Source: Octopus bimaculoides
Taxonomy: Eukaryota
DNA length: 64,000 nt
NCBI RefSeq assembly: GCF_001194135.2
Contig: NC_068992.1
Location: forward strand, 12,602,796-12,666,795
Direction of reading: 5' to 3'
A program made the translations under genes and the position numbers. The notes under the pieces were generated by a model that was given only the letters and a program-made list of their open reading frames with translations, searched no databases and was not told the origin of the DNA. Of the stretch, positions 27,091-40,460 are shown piece by piece. The stretch's first letter is position 1. Each line of letters begins with the position of its first letter.

Positions 27091-27713
27091 TCGATTCTGT
27101 AGTTGCAAGCAAAATAACCAAAGAAACATCAGGCTAGATTGCAGAAAGAAATATCACAGATATAACATGAATCATCAAAATCTACAGCATATTGTTGCTA
27201 TGTTATATTTGGAAGATTTAAGAATAAATAATAATAACCGAACAGATATATATATATACGTAATATAAAAGTTAGTTTCTTAAGTATTTTAATACATACA
27301 TACATACAAGAACACCCATAAGCAGACACACTTATATACGCTGAAAGGAAACACGCAAATGCATAACCATATATTAGCGTGTGTTTGTGTGTGTATACAT
27401 ACATATATATTTAGATACACACATGCATACATAAATATATATATCAGGCTATTTATTGTAAATTTTTCCTGGAGCAATTTCGTTTCCTCCGTGTGGAATC
27501 GTCAGTACGTACGAATCAATAATTGACGCCGGACAAGTAAGATTTGCAATATTTGAACTTTGAAAAGTATTTTCAAAAATGTATATGACTTAAATATAGT
27601 TCAATATTTCTACGTTTTCTTATATTTTATGAGGTTGTAATGCTTAAAAATAACTCACCTATATCACATATGCACAGATACATATCCACCTACATTTATA
27701 TGTGTGTGTGTGT

Positions 27714-27774
<61 letters not shown>

Positions 27775-28187
27775 NNNNNNNNNNNNNNNNNNNNNNNNNN
27801 NNNNNNNNNNNNNNNNNNNNNNNNNNNNNNNNNNNNNNNNNNNNNNNNNNNNNNNNNNNNNNNNNNNNNNNNNNNNNNNNNNNNNNNNNNNNNNNNNNNN
27901 NNNNNNNNNNNNNNNNNNNNNNNNNNNNNNNNNNNNNNNNNNNNNNNNNNNNNNNNNNNNNNNNNNNNNNNNNNNNNNNNNNNNNNNNNNNNNNNNNNNN
28001 NNNNNNNNNNNNNNNNNNNNNNNNNNNNNNNNNNNNNNNNNNNNNNNNNNNNNNNNNNNNNNNNNNNNNNNNNNNNNNNNNNNNNNNNNNNNNNNNNNNN
28101 NNNNNNNNNNNNNNNNNNNNNNNNNNNNNNNNNNNNNNNNNNNNNNNNNNNNNNNNNNNNNNNNNNNNNNNNNNNNNNTATACATAT

Positions 28188-28343
28188 ATACGACGGGCTT
28201 CTTTCAGTTTTCCGTCAGCCAAATTTACTCACAAAGCTTTAGTCGGCCCGAGGCTATAGTAGAAGACACTTGCTCAAGGTGCCACGCAGTGAGATTGAAC
28301 CCAGAACCATGTGGCTGGTAAGCAAGCTACTTACCACACAGCC
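28188..28343 (-). mobile_element. tRNA-derived SINE family E head
   Basis: The reverse complement reads GGCTGTGTGGTAAGTAGCTTGC...GGGTTCAATCTCACTGCGTGGCACCTTGAGCAAGTGTCTT...GAAAGAAGCCCGTCGTATA and runs into (TA)n and a gap. Confidence 0.85.
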
Positions 28344-28439
28344 TTTCCAGCGCCTTATATACGTGGTCTGTTGCCATGTTAACGAAGCTAACGCACGCGG
28401 AGTGAAGCAGCTTGGCGACGTGTTTATCTCAGTTCTGCT

Positions 28440-28620
28440 GGTTGCAAATCTCCCAGGACGTTCGTCAATATCGATATGCTTTCAGCCATCTTTGAAACTT
28501 CTGAACCATTGTCATACGTGTCCGCGGCTCATACATCCCTCTCCATACACTTTCTGCAACGTTGCGTAGGCCTCTGGGCGGGTATCGCCATGTCAACTTT
28601 CTGTCATCGTGAATGAGACG
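28440..28620 (-). mobile_element. Mariner transposase N-terminal remnant
   Basis: The minus strand translates EAYATLQKVYGEGCMSRGHV*QWFRSFKDG*KHIDIDERPGRFATSRTE, a mariner HTH region with the D..R.GRP-like motif and in-frame stops. Confidence 0.85.
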
Positions 28621-28845
28621 ATTGCCACAGATCTACGCCTGCGCCTGCCTATTTATCTAGCTACATATATACATATACATACACACACACACACATATAT
28701 ATATATACATATATACATATNNNNNNNNNNNNNNNNNNNNNNNNNNNNNNNNNNNNNNNNNNNNNNNNNNNNNNNNNNNNNNNNNNNNNNNNNNNNNNNN
28801 NNNNNNNNNNNNNNNNNNNNNNNNNNNNNNNNNNNNNNNNNNNNN

Positions 28846-28882
<37 letters not shown>

Positions 28883-28944
28883 TATATATTACATATGTAT
28901 GTATGTATATATCTAGGTGTTATGGAGGTATATATATATACATA

Positions 28945-29090
28945 TCGCTTTACAAACGATGTTGGTGTGTTTACGTCAACTTGAATTAGCGGTTCGGCAA
29001 AAGAGCCCGATAGGACAAGTACCAGGTTTACAAAGAATAAGACCTGGGATCAATTTTTTCGATTGAATGCAGTGCTCCAGCATGGGCATA
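28945..29090 (+). mobile_element. SINE family D fragment
   Basis: GTTGGTGTGTTTACGTC...TTAGCGGTTCGGCAAAAGAG...ACAAAGAATAAG...GTGCTCCAGCATGG. Confidence 0.85.
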
Positions 29091-29181
29091 GATAAATAGA
29101 TAGATAGACACGCACATCTATACACACAAACATTTATACATATATATATAAACCCATTTATATAAATATGTATATATATGT

Positions 29182-29253
<72 letters not shown>

Positions 29254-29469
29254 CAATTTATATTTATATATCTGTGTATGAATGTATATATGTATGCATG
29301 TATGTGTGTGCTAAATTTTATTTTGTGAATCTGTATATATATCATTCGAATATATTTGTATTAGCTGTAATCTCTATATGTTTCCTATAAATGTTTCTTT
29401 ATAAATAGAGATTAATAAACCGTATTGATTTATTTTAATCTGCAGATTTTGTTTGGTATCATGTTTGTG

Positions 29470-29600
<131 letters not shown>

Positions 29601-30348
29601 ACCTCACAAATAGAAGGAGAACCGATTAACGTTTACGTGACTCATTAAATGAGTAAAAAAAATGCAACTATCATTGAGTAAACCTGTTTTATCAGATTAT
29701 TACCTCATAAAATGTCAGAAGAGAAGTCAGTGAAGCGGTATGGAGTCAAGTACTACAGCAGAATAGCGCTCGATACCATGTATAACCGATTTCAACAAAA
29801 TATTTGGTGATATCGATATTAACAAAGGTATCTCTTTTTCTTTTTTTCCTTTGCGTTACTCATTTTGCTGTTACAAGGTTAAAACGTAATGAAACATGAA
29901 TTCTTCTGATTAAACATATTTGTATCATCTTCACAAACACTTGCCCTAGGTGCTACGTAGTCGAACTGAACCTGGAACCATATTTTTGAGACGTAAAGTT
30001 CTTAACGCACAGCCACTGACACACACAGTAGTACAAACACACACGAAGGACTTGAATTCATCGCATACAATCATTCAAAAGACTAAATAGTTTTCATTCA
30101 CTTAAATTTAATCAGGCTCTCAAATGTATTTGTTAATACTCACTCATTCGAAAGCTAATTTTTCAATTCCAGAATCATGTCTCCATTCTATACACTGTTT
30201 TACGTTTTATCACCGGGAAATCATGAATCTCAGATATATTTATCGGATTCTCATATGCGCTTTTCTTGTTGCGTACGTTAATAAAGTCAATCGATTTGAT
30301 TTTGATTGCCAACATAATCGTTTATGATTCATTTTATTGACAACATAT

Positions 30349-30732
30349 GTGTGTTGGCATTCCGTCGCCTACGACGTCGAGTGTTCCAGTTGATCCGATC
30401 AAAGGAACAGCCTGCTCGTGAAATTAACGTGCAAGTGGCTGAGCACTCCACACACACGTGTACCCTTAACGTAGCTCTCGGAGATATTTAGCGTGACACA
30501 GTGTGACAAGGCTGACCCTTTGAATTACAGGCACAACAGAAACAGGAAGTAAGAGTGAGAGAAAGTTGTGGTGAAAGAGTACAGCAGGGTTCGCCTCCAT
30601 CCCCCGCTGGAGCCTCGTAGAGCTTTAGGTATTTCGCTCAATAAACACTCAAAACGCCCGGTCTGAGAATCGAAACCGCGATCTTATGACCGCGAGTCCG
30701 CTGCCCTAACCACTGGGCCATTGCGCCTCCAC
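30349..30732 (-). mobile_element. Full-length tRNA-derived SINE family B with 13-bp TSD
   Basis: The reverse complement head GTGGAGGCGCAATGGCCCAGTGGTTAGGGCAGCGGACTCGCGG...GGTTTCGATTC contains A and B boxes. ATTGACAACATAT occurs at 30336-30348 and 30733-30745. Confidence 0.92.
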
Positions 30733-30845
30733 ATTGACAACATATCACTACAAGTAAAAGGCATTCATATTCTTCGAGTAGAAATTGAACAGGGAACAGA
30801 GGAAGGGAATTAAACTGAATACACTTAAATATAGATCTCAAGTTT

Positions 30846-31041
30846 TTGCACAAGGCCAGCAACTTCAGGGAAGGAGAGTAAGTGGATTACATTGACCCCG
30901 GAGCTCAAGTGCTACTTTATCGACCCTTGAAGATGAAAAGTGCAGTGGACTTCGTCAGAATTTGAACTCAGAACGTAAAGGCAGACGAAATATCGATAAG
31001 CATTTTGCCCGGAGTGCTAACGATTCTGCCACCTCGCTACC
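30846..31041 (-). mobile_element. SINE family A copy
   Basis: GCACAAGGCCAGC...TTTATCGACCC...TTTGAACTCAGAACGTAAAG...GTGCTAACGATTCTGCCA. Confidence 0.88.
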
Positions 31042-31054
31042 TTCAATACACTTA

Positions 31055-31370
31055 AATTTTAAGGGTATACGTGGTCAGCCACTTGATTCCCAGTTCAGTC
31101 CTATTACACAGAGCGTCACCAACCAGTAACTTTTGCCATAACCCTGAGCTGACCAGTGCCTAGTGAGTGAATTAGGTAAACAGAATGTTCAAAGAAGCCT
31201 ACAATATAACAACATGCGTCTCCTCACTTAGCCCTTCGACAAAAGACACCGGTAGAATAAGATCAAGACTTAAATTACATGTGCCGGAGTCGATTCATTT
31301 GACTAAATACTTCAAGTCGTACTCACGTGTGACCGTAGGCCAATGACAGAAACATGTAACAGAAGATACT
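31055..31370 (+). mobile_element. Composite SINE (E head + short linker + D tail), diverged
   Basis: E-like sequence (CCACTTGATTCCCAGTTCAGTCC...GTGAGTGAATTAGGTAAAC...AAAGAAGCC) is followed by D-like sequence (CTTAGCCCTTCGACAAAAGACACCGGTAGAATAAG...AATGACAGAAACATGTAACAGAAGATA). Confidence 0.65.
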
Positions 31371-32210
31371 ACTAAATCACGGAGAGTATTACAGCGGAAT
31401 ACGCCTGATATTGAAACACTACGAAACCTAAGCTTGTAAGTTTTGTATTTTGTCAACTAAGCCATGTATATTATAAACGAGGCGGTCGATGGGTGAAACT
31501 AGATATATTGTGACTTTTATGCCTTTATTTCCCAGAGCACATATATTAATTGGCTTAATTCAGGAAGCGGAACCCGTTCGCTGACTTAAGTTACCTTCGG
31601 GCATAATAGTTGCTTACTTTACAATCCTCGCTATAAAACATGTTGAATTATTGACCTAACTACAGCTACTAAAATCAAAAATACTTCGAATATATCAACC
31701 GGAAGCAATATGGTGGAATAAATTCTAGATTGATTTTATATGCAAATAGATTCAGCCTGAAGTCATACTCAGTCCAAACATGGCGGTAAATGCCAGCCAG
31801 TAATGGAATTTGTTCAAATATGATGTTTGTACTGTGGTATTTTCTAACTTTGTTCAAATAACAATATGTTACTAGAAATTTAAATGACCATATCTCAATA
31901 TGTATGAGTGTGTGTGTAATGTGTGTGTGCGTCTGTGTGTCTGAGAAAGAGAGATAGAGAAAATGTGTATTCATGTGGGTTTGTATGTAAGTCTGTGTGA
32001 GCGTGTTTCGTGTGTGTATGTACGTTCGTATGCAAGTATGTAGATTCGTATGTGCGACTCAGTGTATAGGCTTGTGTGTATGGATCTTTAAATGTATAGA
32101 TAGATATACATGCATATGTATATATGCGTAAATATATGCGCATATACATAACCACATACATATATGTATATATGTGTGTGTTCTGTATGACATATATATA
32201 TATATATGTG

Positions 32211-32241
<31 letters not shown>

Positions 32242-34379
32242 NNNNNNNNNNNNNNNNNNNNNNNNNNNNNNNNNNNNNNNNNNNNNNNNNNNNNNNNNNN
32301 NNNNNNNNNNNNNNNNNNNNNNNNNNNNNNNNNNNNNNNNNNNNNNNNNNNNNNNNNNNNNNNNNNNNNNNNNNNNNNNNNNNNNNNNNNNNNNNNNNNN
32401 NNNNNNNNNNNNNNNNNNNNNNNNNNNNNNNNNNNNNNNNNNNNNNNNNNNNNNNNNNNNNNNNNNNNNNNNNNNNNNNNNNNNNNNNNNNNNNNNNNNN
32501 NNNNNNNNNNNNNNNNNNNNNNNNNNNNNNNNNNNNNNNNNNNNNNNNNNNNNNNNNNNNNNNNNNNNNNNNNNNNNNNNNNNNNNNNNNNNNNNNNNNN
32601 NNNNNNNNNNNNNNNNNNNNNNNNNNNNNNNNNNNNNNNNNNNNNNNNNNNNNNNNNNNNNNNNNNNNNNNNNNNNNNNNNNNNNNNNNNNNNNNNNNNN
32701 NNNNNNNNNNNNNNNNNNNNNNNNNNNNNNNNNNNNNNNNNNNNNNNNNNNNNNNNNNNNNNNNNNNNNNNNNNNNNNNNNNNNNNNNNNNNNNNNTATA
32801 TATATATATATATCATTATATAGATAAGCTTACACAAACACACAACACACACGCACTCAGAAATACACACATAACCTTCATATACATATATACAACACGG
32901 ATGTCTACCATCTTAAAGTCTAAAAATATAATTTCTCTCTTTCCATATTTTATTCTATAACATTCTATCACTATTTGTGTAAGTAGAATAGGTTTTCTAT
33001 TAAAATCCAAAAGATTGACTTGATAAAATTCTCTGAAGCTGAAAGAAACAAATGAATACAGCAATACCATTTTTGATCTCAGCAAATATAAAACCAAAAA
33101 GAAAAACAAAGAATAGTAGTTTTTTTTTTTACATATCATCAATTTTGCAATTGATTCTATAGTGTATCTGTATTCTTTTTATATATTCGAATTATAGCGA
33201 TAAAAGACAACCATTACGGCTTTCACGAACCCTGTCAGATTAAGTGATCATATTAATATGGAGCAAAGACAAAACGAAATATACTGTGAAATAACTACTT
33301 CTTAGAGTATTTTTTGATCTCTTTGGCCCAGCTCTTTTATTTGGAAATCGGTACCTTGAGAATTTGCGGGTATTTCTTTTCTTCAGTAGCAGTTGAAAGG
33401 ATTAACTACGTTCTTCCTTATATTACATTGGTATATGCGTTTCTGTTGTTCAAACTTAGGGAGGCTTCACCTTCTTGAAACATTGAATGCTATCAAGTAT
33501 ATGGCGTTGCTTGACTAACTTCAAGTTAAATTATTGTTTAGGGCTTCTGTCATCACAAAATGTATGTTCAATTGGAAGTAAAAAGGATAAACATGAAAAT
33601 GCGATGGAATAATAGCAGACCTTCAGAAAATTCATGACAATAATGTGACGAGATTCCATTTAATGGCTTCTACATCATCATTTAAGACGGTTTATTTGTT
33701 GAGTTATTTCCATTTGTTTTATTATCTCTGTTTTTACGCTTATTTTCTGTGCATATAAGATCCTTTGGATCAAATACTCTGATAGAATATAGTTTCTTTC
33801 AAGCTGTGCCTCTTATAACACTACTGCTGTATTTTCATTCGAAGGTCAGAAAATTATCAATCGAATGAAATTTGGTCTTTTATTCATGTATAGCTTAACT
33901 ATCTAATCATTTCGTACTTGAAGTAAACGTATATTCCAATATCTTCATGCTCCACATCTACAGAAGTCGACGAATCACTTCCATGCCAAAATCAGAAGAT
34001 CTGTTATTTTCAAGGAGAAACTAGACTACCCGCAACCCGTTGGGTCACCAATAGTTCAAGGTACCGGAAAAAACGTGTATCTCGGGAATTCGTGTACCGA
34101 TTTACGCGAAACTCCTGTTATTCCGTGTGTATTCACATTTCAATGGTACTTTACTTTCAAAGCCCTTTCTCCTATTTGGCTATTTATAAAAGTACCCGAA
34201 GAAACCGTGTGTTTTTTTTTCCTTAGGCAGGGACTAGTTCACGTAATAACAGGTCATGTCCTCTCACCGATGGGTGTTTATGACACATGTCTACAAGTCA
34301 GTTGTTCTGCTAATCCTGTAAGTCTTAGCAACATGATGATATTCTATTATTTGACGAATAACTACAACTACTAACACCC

Positions 34380-34620
34380 TAGAACTAGGGCGTAATGGTG
34401 ACTAATGAGTAGCTCCAAGTTCCACAATTCCAAAGCGGGAACCTCACCACCGGGTGCAGTTGAATGTCATTCCCAGGTTATAATTATTTGTCCAAGGGAT
34501 GAAATAGTCCATTATGTCTGCCAAGTAGCTCTTAGGAGTGCATTTCTGTCTTTTATGTACCCCATCTATGTCTACCGTAGCACTGACCCAATCCTATCTT
34601 AATATATACTCTTGAAAGTA
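34380..34620 (-). mobile_element. Probable SINE-like repeat fragment
   Basis: CCTCACCACCGGGTGCAGTTGAATGTCATTCCCAGG resembles the end of a SINE in reverse orientation (recalled pattern). Single copy in the window. Confidence 0.3.
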
Positions 34621-35479
34621 CGTTCAAAATTTGTTCTAATTTGTTGATCACTATTTACACCTAAGCAAACGAAGTTTGAAATAACAGCATATATTTTCAA
34701 GACGTTCAATATTTCTAACACTTTCTAAACACACAGCAAGGACCGAAAATTACTGCCCATGTTTTATAAACGAACAGGATGATTCTAACACAAAACACCA
34801 CAAGCTAACAGAAAATGTGTTAATCATGTCATTCTTTTGTTTTAATAAATTAAATCGAGCTCGATGAAACAAACTACAGGGTTAATGTATTTGTAACATG
34901 CAGATTATTCCACAGAAATGTGTACCTTTAATATGATTCAAAAGCGGGATGAGCATGATGCAATATATAAAGGCTGGACCTTTGAATTACACTTATAATT
35001 CATGCAACTGTTTTCATTTACCAAATTTCACTCACAAAGTATGGATATTTTTTTTTTTTTTAGGAAGTACAAATAAACAATTTTCCATGATGCGACATGC
35101 GAAACCACAGAATCAAAAATAAGACTTGAAGCTTTGCGCAGTAAACACCTTAATCATTCAGCCATGCTGGCACCATAACCACCGTGTCCATCAGCCATTC
35201 CTACATACAGTTAAGTATCCGTATTTGCAACATATAATTGAATTGAAAAAAAAATGAATTGTTGTAAATCGGATTTATAATTTTCTGTGAAGTAATCCTT
35301 TTATTTATTTATTAATTTTGCTCTCACCTGCAGTTATTTACAAGTAAACAATAATGTACTGGAAAATGTACACCTAATTCACAACGAAATTCTTAATTAC
35401 CTTTTGTTTACAACACGTTTCCAGACGTTAAACATTTAAGAAGCAACACAACGGCAACGGTTACTGCAATGATGTATTA

Positions 35480-35973
35480 GTAATGAAGATAACAACAACA
35501 ACAACAACAACAACAACAGCAGTAACAACAACAACAACAATGACAATAGTAATTTCGTGAACAATGTCAGAAGGTAAATGAACGTAAAACAGCAACAACC
35601 AACTACTATGACAGCGACAAACCAATTAAACAAACACTAACAGTATCATCATCATCATCATCAACAACAACAACAACAACAACAACAACAGCATGAACAG
35701 CTACAGCAGCAAAAATATGAAAATGGGTATCAACAGTACAACAACAACAACAACAACAACAACAACAGCAATAACAACAACATCTACAACGGTAGCAACA
35801 ACAATAACAACACTAACATGAAAATGTCTTCACAAAGAACAGCGCCAGCTACCACGACAGCAACAACAGCGAGAATTAGGAGTGGGGGGGGGACAAATGA
35901 ATGTTGCCAGTAGCGTGTTCATACTTATGAATGGAATGCACAACTTTATGAGGAACAAATATCAACAGCAATA

Positions 35974-36012
<39 letters not shown>

Positions 36013-36040
36013 CAGCAGCAGCAGCAGCAGCAGCAGTGGC

Positions 36041-36076
<36 letters not shown>

Positions 36077-36160
36077 CGTGATGGTGATGACGACGACGAC
36101 GACGACGATGACCATAACGATGATAATTCCTTTTATAATGATAATAATAATAATTTTCAA
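35480..36160. repeat. Compound trinucleotide array (CAA, CAT, TAG, CAG, GAC, TAA)
   Basis: Directly visible; see the finding on its stop-free frame. Confidence 0.9.
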
Positions 36161-37076
36161 AGATTTAGAAATTGAAGATGTGAATATCATATCAGAAAAC
36201 AGTATAGTATTGATACTATTCATTTAAAACAATTCCGTAGTTATTTATTAAATGTTATTTAATTATACATTTGCTTATTTTCGCGTCTTACGTGTGTGTG
36301 TGTGTGTATTATATTTTTATAAATTTCTTTACTGTTTTCTGAATTGATAAGCCATTGTTAATAACCTTACTTGAAATTCTCAAAGAAACACTATTCTACA
36401 TACTGGCACTTTAATTCTCCATTTGTTTATCAGTATTCTTTGCTTTCGGTGAATCTGTTCGAAACTATTGTATGTTTCCAGCACATTGTCTTTTAGTTTT
36501 AAAACTACGTACAGTTGCATGTGTGGAAAACAGAAAACAAAACAACACAGCAAACTATTAATCTGCATCTCTATTGTTTTCTATTGTAATGCACTGCATT
36601 CTAAGTTACCTCACTGCACTCTACAATAGTGCGATGGAAAGCAATGGAATATATACTTCATGTCTGCAATAGAAAGTGATGAAATTAAATGGTCGATATA
36701 ATGTTTGTATCTTAAATACCATCGTTTATTCCTTGGTTTGACCCGGTCAAGAACACCATTGATAAAACAAATTCTAGCCTTAAATATCCCATTTATATAA
36801 CACACTATATATCTCTCATTACATTTGGCAATTCGACAAGATTTCTAAAGAGAAGCAAGGTGGGATTTGTGTAGTATTGGGTGAACATTTAACACCCACC
36901 ACCCGCAACACGCTCATCCTTACTTCATTATTTCATTCATGTCCAACTTGCCAGGGTTTTCGTTAATCACTACAATACGCTCTTTTTTCTTTAGAAAAAT
37001 TCCGTCTGAAATTCCGTCACCGCTCTCCTCTTTTCAGCAATCCTCCTGGAATAGTTTAGAAAAACAGCTTTCATAG

Positions 37077-37166
37077 GCCTCGGAGTCCCACGAAGGCAGG
37101 GATAACTTCCGTTCTTCAATAAGTAAAATACACAAAATTCATGTGTCTATAAAAATGCTCCTTCAG
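37077..37166 (+). other. Candidate 90-nt internal exon (unknown gene)
   Basis: CTTTCATAG|G acceptor, CAG|GTAAGT donor, and an open phase-0 frame ASESHEGRDNFRSSISKIHKIHVSIKMLLQ. No recognisable domain and no partner exons identified. Confidence 0.2.
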
Positions 37167-37469
37167 GTAAGTATTTCGACAGCCTTCATGAAGAGGTGCC
37201 CCCGCCTCCACCGAACTTCCTAAGGATTACGATAATTCGAAGAAATAACCCTAACCCACTGCATTCAGTTCTGTTTCATTTACTTTCCGGAAACACAGAG
37301 TCAAATTCGTTCTAATTCTCACAGTGTACCTTCATTGTAGATCAGAAACATATCATAAATCTGATGACATCCCACACCATCGCACATCGAGTGATGTAAC
37401 TAAACGCCACTTTCCTGTCGACGCACGAGAGCGTTCTTATCCGAAATAGGAAGAGAACTCAAAGCAGTA

Positions 37470-37668
37470 GGAAAGTGCCTAGTAATGCTATTTTCTGTAA
37501 GTTATATATACGTGTTAGTCCTAGTGTTTTTGTTATGCATTTGTCTGAAAGTGTTTTCATCATACCTAATGCACCTACTATGATAGGAATTGCTTCTGTT
37601 TTTAGATCCCACATTCGAGTTACCTCTATTTCCAGATCTTTGCATTGTGAAAGTTTCTCTTTTTTTTA
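37470..37668 (-). mobile_element. 5'-truncated R4/Dong REL-endonuclease 3' fragment
   Basis: An uninterrupted frame KEKLSQCKDLEIEVTRMWDLKTEAIPIIVGALGMMKTLSDKCITKTLGLTRIYNLQKIALLGT matches the REL C-terminus (KE.K..KY.DL..E...W......P.V.GALG...LQK..L.GT). Its 5' end abuts (TAA)n. Confidence 0.88.
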
Positions 37669-37849
37669 TTATTATTATTATCATGATTATTATTATTTGA
37701 AATAAATCATCATCATTATTATTATTATTATTATTCGATAGTTTCAGGAAAATTTCCACTGCATTACCTCCTACAGCTCTGTGTTGCAGGGGTGAGAGCA
37801 ACATGGTGTGCGCTTGTTTCTTTTTTCCGCGGCAGAGTAGAAATTCTCA

Positions 37850-37950
37850 CCGGTATTCTATTGCATCCGGTTGTACTTTGACAATTTCTTCACTTCTTTT
37901 TGGGCAATATTTTGGTCAGAAGGCATTGCAATGTCAGTACACATCCTCAG
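37850..37950 (-). mobile_element. R4/Dong REL-endonuclease fragment
   Basis: The minus strand reads MCTDIAMPSDQNIAQKEVKKLSKY (the DVAIP.D.N...KE.EK..KY motif). It abuts the (TAG)n array. Confidence 0.75.
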
Positions 37951-37951
37951 A

Positions 37952-37952
<1 letters not shown>

Positions 37953-38047
<95 letters not shown>

Positions 38048-38056
38048 ATAGTAGTA
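37953..38056. repeat. (TAG)n microsatellite
   Basis: Directly visible. Confidence 0.95.
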
Positions 38057-38879
38057 GTTTTGTATTACCAAGAACATTATGATTAAATTGTTGTTGCCGT
38101 GTTTCTTTCATAACGTCGATTAATTTCCTTTCAAGATGTTTAACTATTGTATAGTCTGTGTATAATTTTCCCCTCTTATTTCTATATCTGATTATCAAGA
38201 TTATATTGCAAGCGAGAAGTGGCAGCTGTCTCAGTCGACTAATTAATACATCTATCTAGTCAGGATTCTATCACAGCTCTCCTAGACAATTTTCCAAAAT
38301 CGTTTCTCCGTTTCTGAACTTAAACGTTTATATCTGGTTGTAAATATTTTAAAGACATCTGTTAGGTACTTCGAGGTGTTTCATAAAGACAAACACCAGT
38401 ATTATATAATTCAGCTCATGTGGACAATTGACATTTTATATAATTAAACTACGAACATTAAACTTTCAAATAGTTAAAATAATTCTCGGTATAGATATAA
38501 CTAGACACTACTTAAGATGTATCTATTCGAGAAGACATAGATAATGAATCTAAAGCTATATCGTGTAATACAATCTAACAGTGAAACAGAACGTTAACAT
38601 ACCAGAAATTTATTCAATGAATTATCCGCCACGAAAGTATTGTCTGCAAATCTATGTCTACTTGTTTAATCTTGGTAAATGTAGGCTCATATGCATTACC
38701 TTAGGGAGTAATTAAAGGAGCTAATCTTTCGATGGTGAAATCCGTGTGCAATGCTATTTATACCCTCATTATGAGTCCACGAAGATATTTTATACATAAA
38801 CAAGGGATTTTCTTAGTTGATAAATAAAAAATGGCTTTAGATGTTTCCTACCAACTTATAAATATCTTGGAGTTACTAA

Positions 38880-40460
38880 ATAAATGGTAGTAGACCTCAT
38901 GATTTGGAGTGGAACAAATGCGTACATTTCACGGCAATCATAAACCGTTCAGTTTCGGCTTGTGCCTGTTCTTGAATAGTTCTGTGACGTTCAACATGGA
39001 TCTAAAAGTAGTCCCACTCTTAGTTTTATCTTCACATTTTCCATTTTTTTCGTTTCCCATTTTCTGTCATTATAAAATACTCTATATGTATTTCTTAAAT
39101 TCCTTAAACACAGAAGAGTTTTTGTTTGGATTTTGTCCTTATTTTGTATCTATTTTTATAAATTATTTCCTTATTATTATGAGACATATTTCTAGTTCTA
39201 TAGGGTAGGTTTTATGTTACTTCTCTGAGTGAACGAGATTCTTACCTTCTTGTATCTTTGGTAAATGTAACCTTTGTATACTGGATTTTGATTAATGTAT
39301 TTAAATGCAGTTGTTAAATGTCTTCCATTTCGATGTAATCTTAATAGTTTAGCTTCCATTTCAGAATACTATACCCGTAGCATATTTATACAATATTTTT
39401 CTTTTACCTGTTTTAATTATTATTATAACGCAGCTGCAATATTACTTCCAAATGTTTTCTTTCATTTCTATGCCTTGAATTACATCTATTTACATTGGTC
39501 CCAAAATATTCGTAATTCTACTTTCGGTTTAATTTGCAGATTACTCTTTCTGTATCTAGGAAATATATTATTATACTGAATTAATTTTCCTTCCTTCGAG
39601 GCTAACTTGACGCATTTTCCCACCTGCTTATCATATCAATTCCCACATTAAATCTGCAGCAGTGTTTCTAGTTGTTGATCATCGGCAGCTTATAATCTGA
39701 AGTTAATGATACACAAATAATGGTTGATTGTTCTTCTATAACATTTGAAGTCGTGTCTAGTCAGGTTTAAAATGTCCGTTAAAGATAAAAACGGAATAAT
39801 GGGAAGAAAGTCTTTGGAATATTTCTCTTCTATAAGGATTTTCCCAGTTAATATAAAACCTTTTTTGTTGAAGAATTGGCTGCCATTTATCTTGTTTAAT
39901 GTATATAATTCTATTAGTAACACCTTATTAATGGGTAGATGTGGATGAACACTATCAAAATCCTTTTGGTTTTCAATCCACACTAAATTTGAATTCATCT
40001 GACATTGCAGTATTCAGTTATGGCTTTGTTATGGCTTTGATCAGTAATTGATCTTTACAACCGCATGAGCCTTCCTTTGTAGCATCTCTTCTGCTCTTCT
40101 GGATAATAGGGTCTTGTTTGCAGATGTCTATTTATTGTCTACGATATTATTAATAAGCAGCATGAAGCATTTAGATTTTGCTGGTCTTTTAAACATGCGA
40201 ATTAATATGGTTTTCCTCTTAGTAGGCCATTGCTGTAGTCTCCGCTGCCATTACTAACCTGATAAATATCACAGGAAACGCAGTGTATGCCCCTGTTTAA
40301 CAATTTAACAATAATTTATATTGGTTGCCTATTTTGTGTAGTTATTAGTATACGTCTTGTTCCTCTATATCTTCTATAGCCTCTGACAATAGCTCATGTT
40401 TTGCGTTGATTACAATGACAAGTATGTTCCTACACACTTTTATTATATAAATATACTTCT
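38880..40460 (-). mobile_element. Decayed R4/Dong-clade retrotransposon RT region
   Basis: Minus-strand motifs in the expected order: PEEQKRC..GCKDQLLI (~40030-40110), NLVWIENQKDFDSVHPH (WID..KAFDSVPH; ORF 39690-39998), INHYLCIINFRL (INHLLYMDDLKL), DDQQLETLLQI...EKCVKL, and AETERFMIAV (ETEGF..A.QD; ~38930-38965). Confidence 0.9.

Noticed and set aside
34018-34050. ACTAG...hairpin resembling a Helentron/DINE end
   Set aside because: The stem is very short and no matching other end was found.
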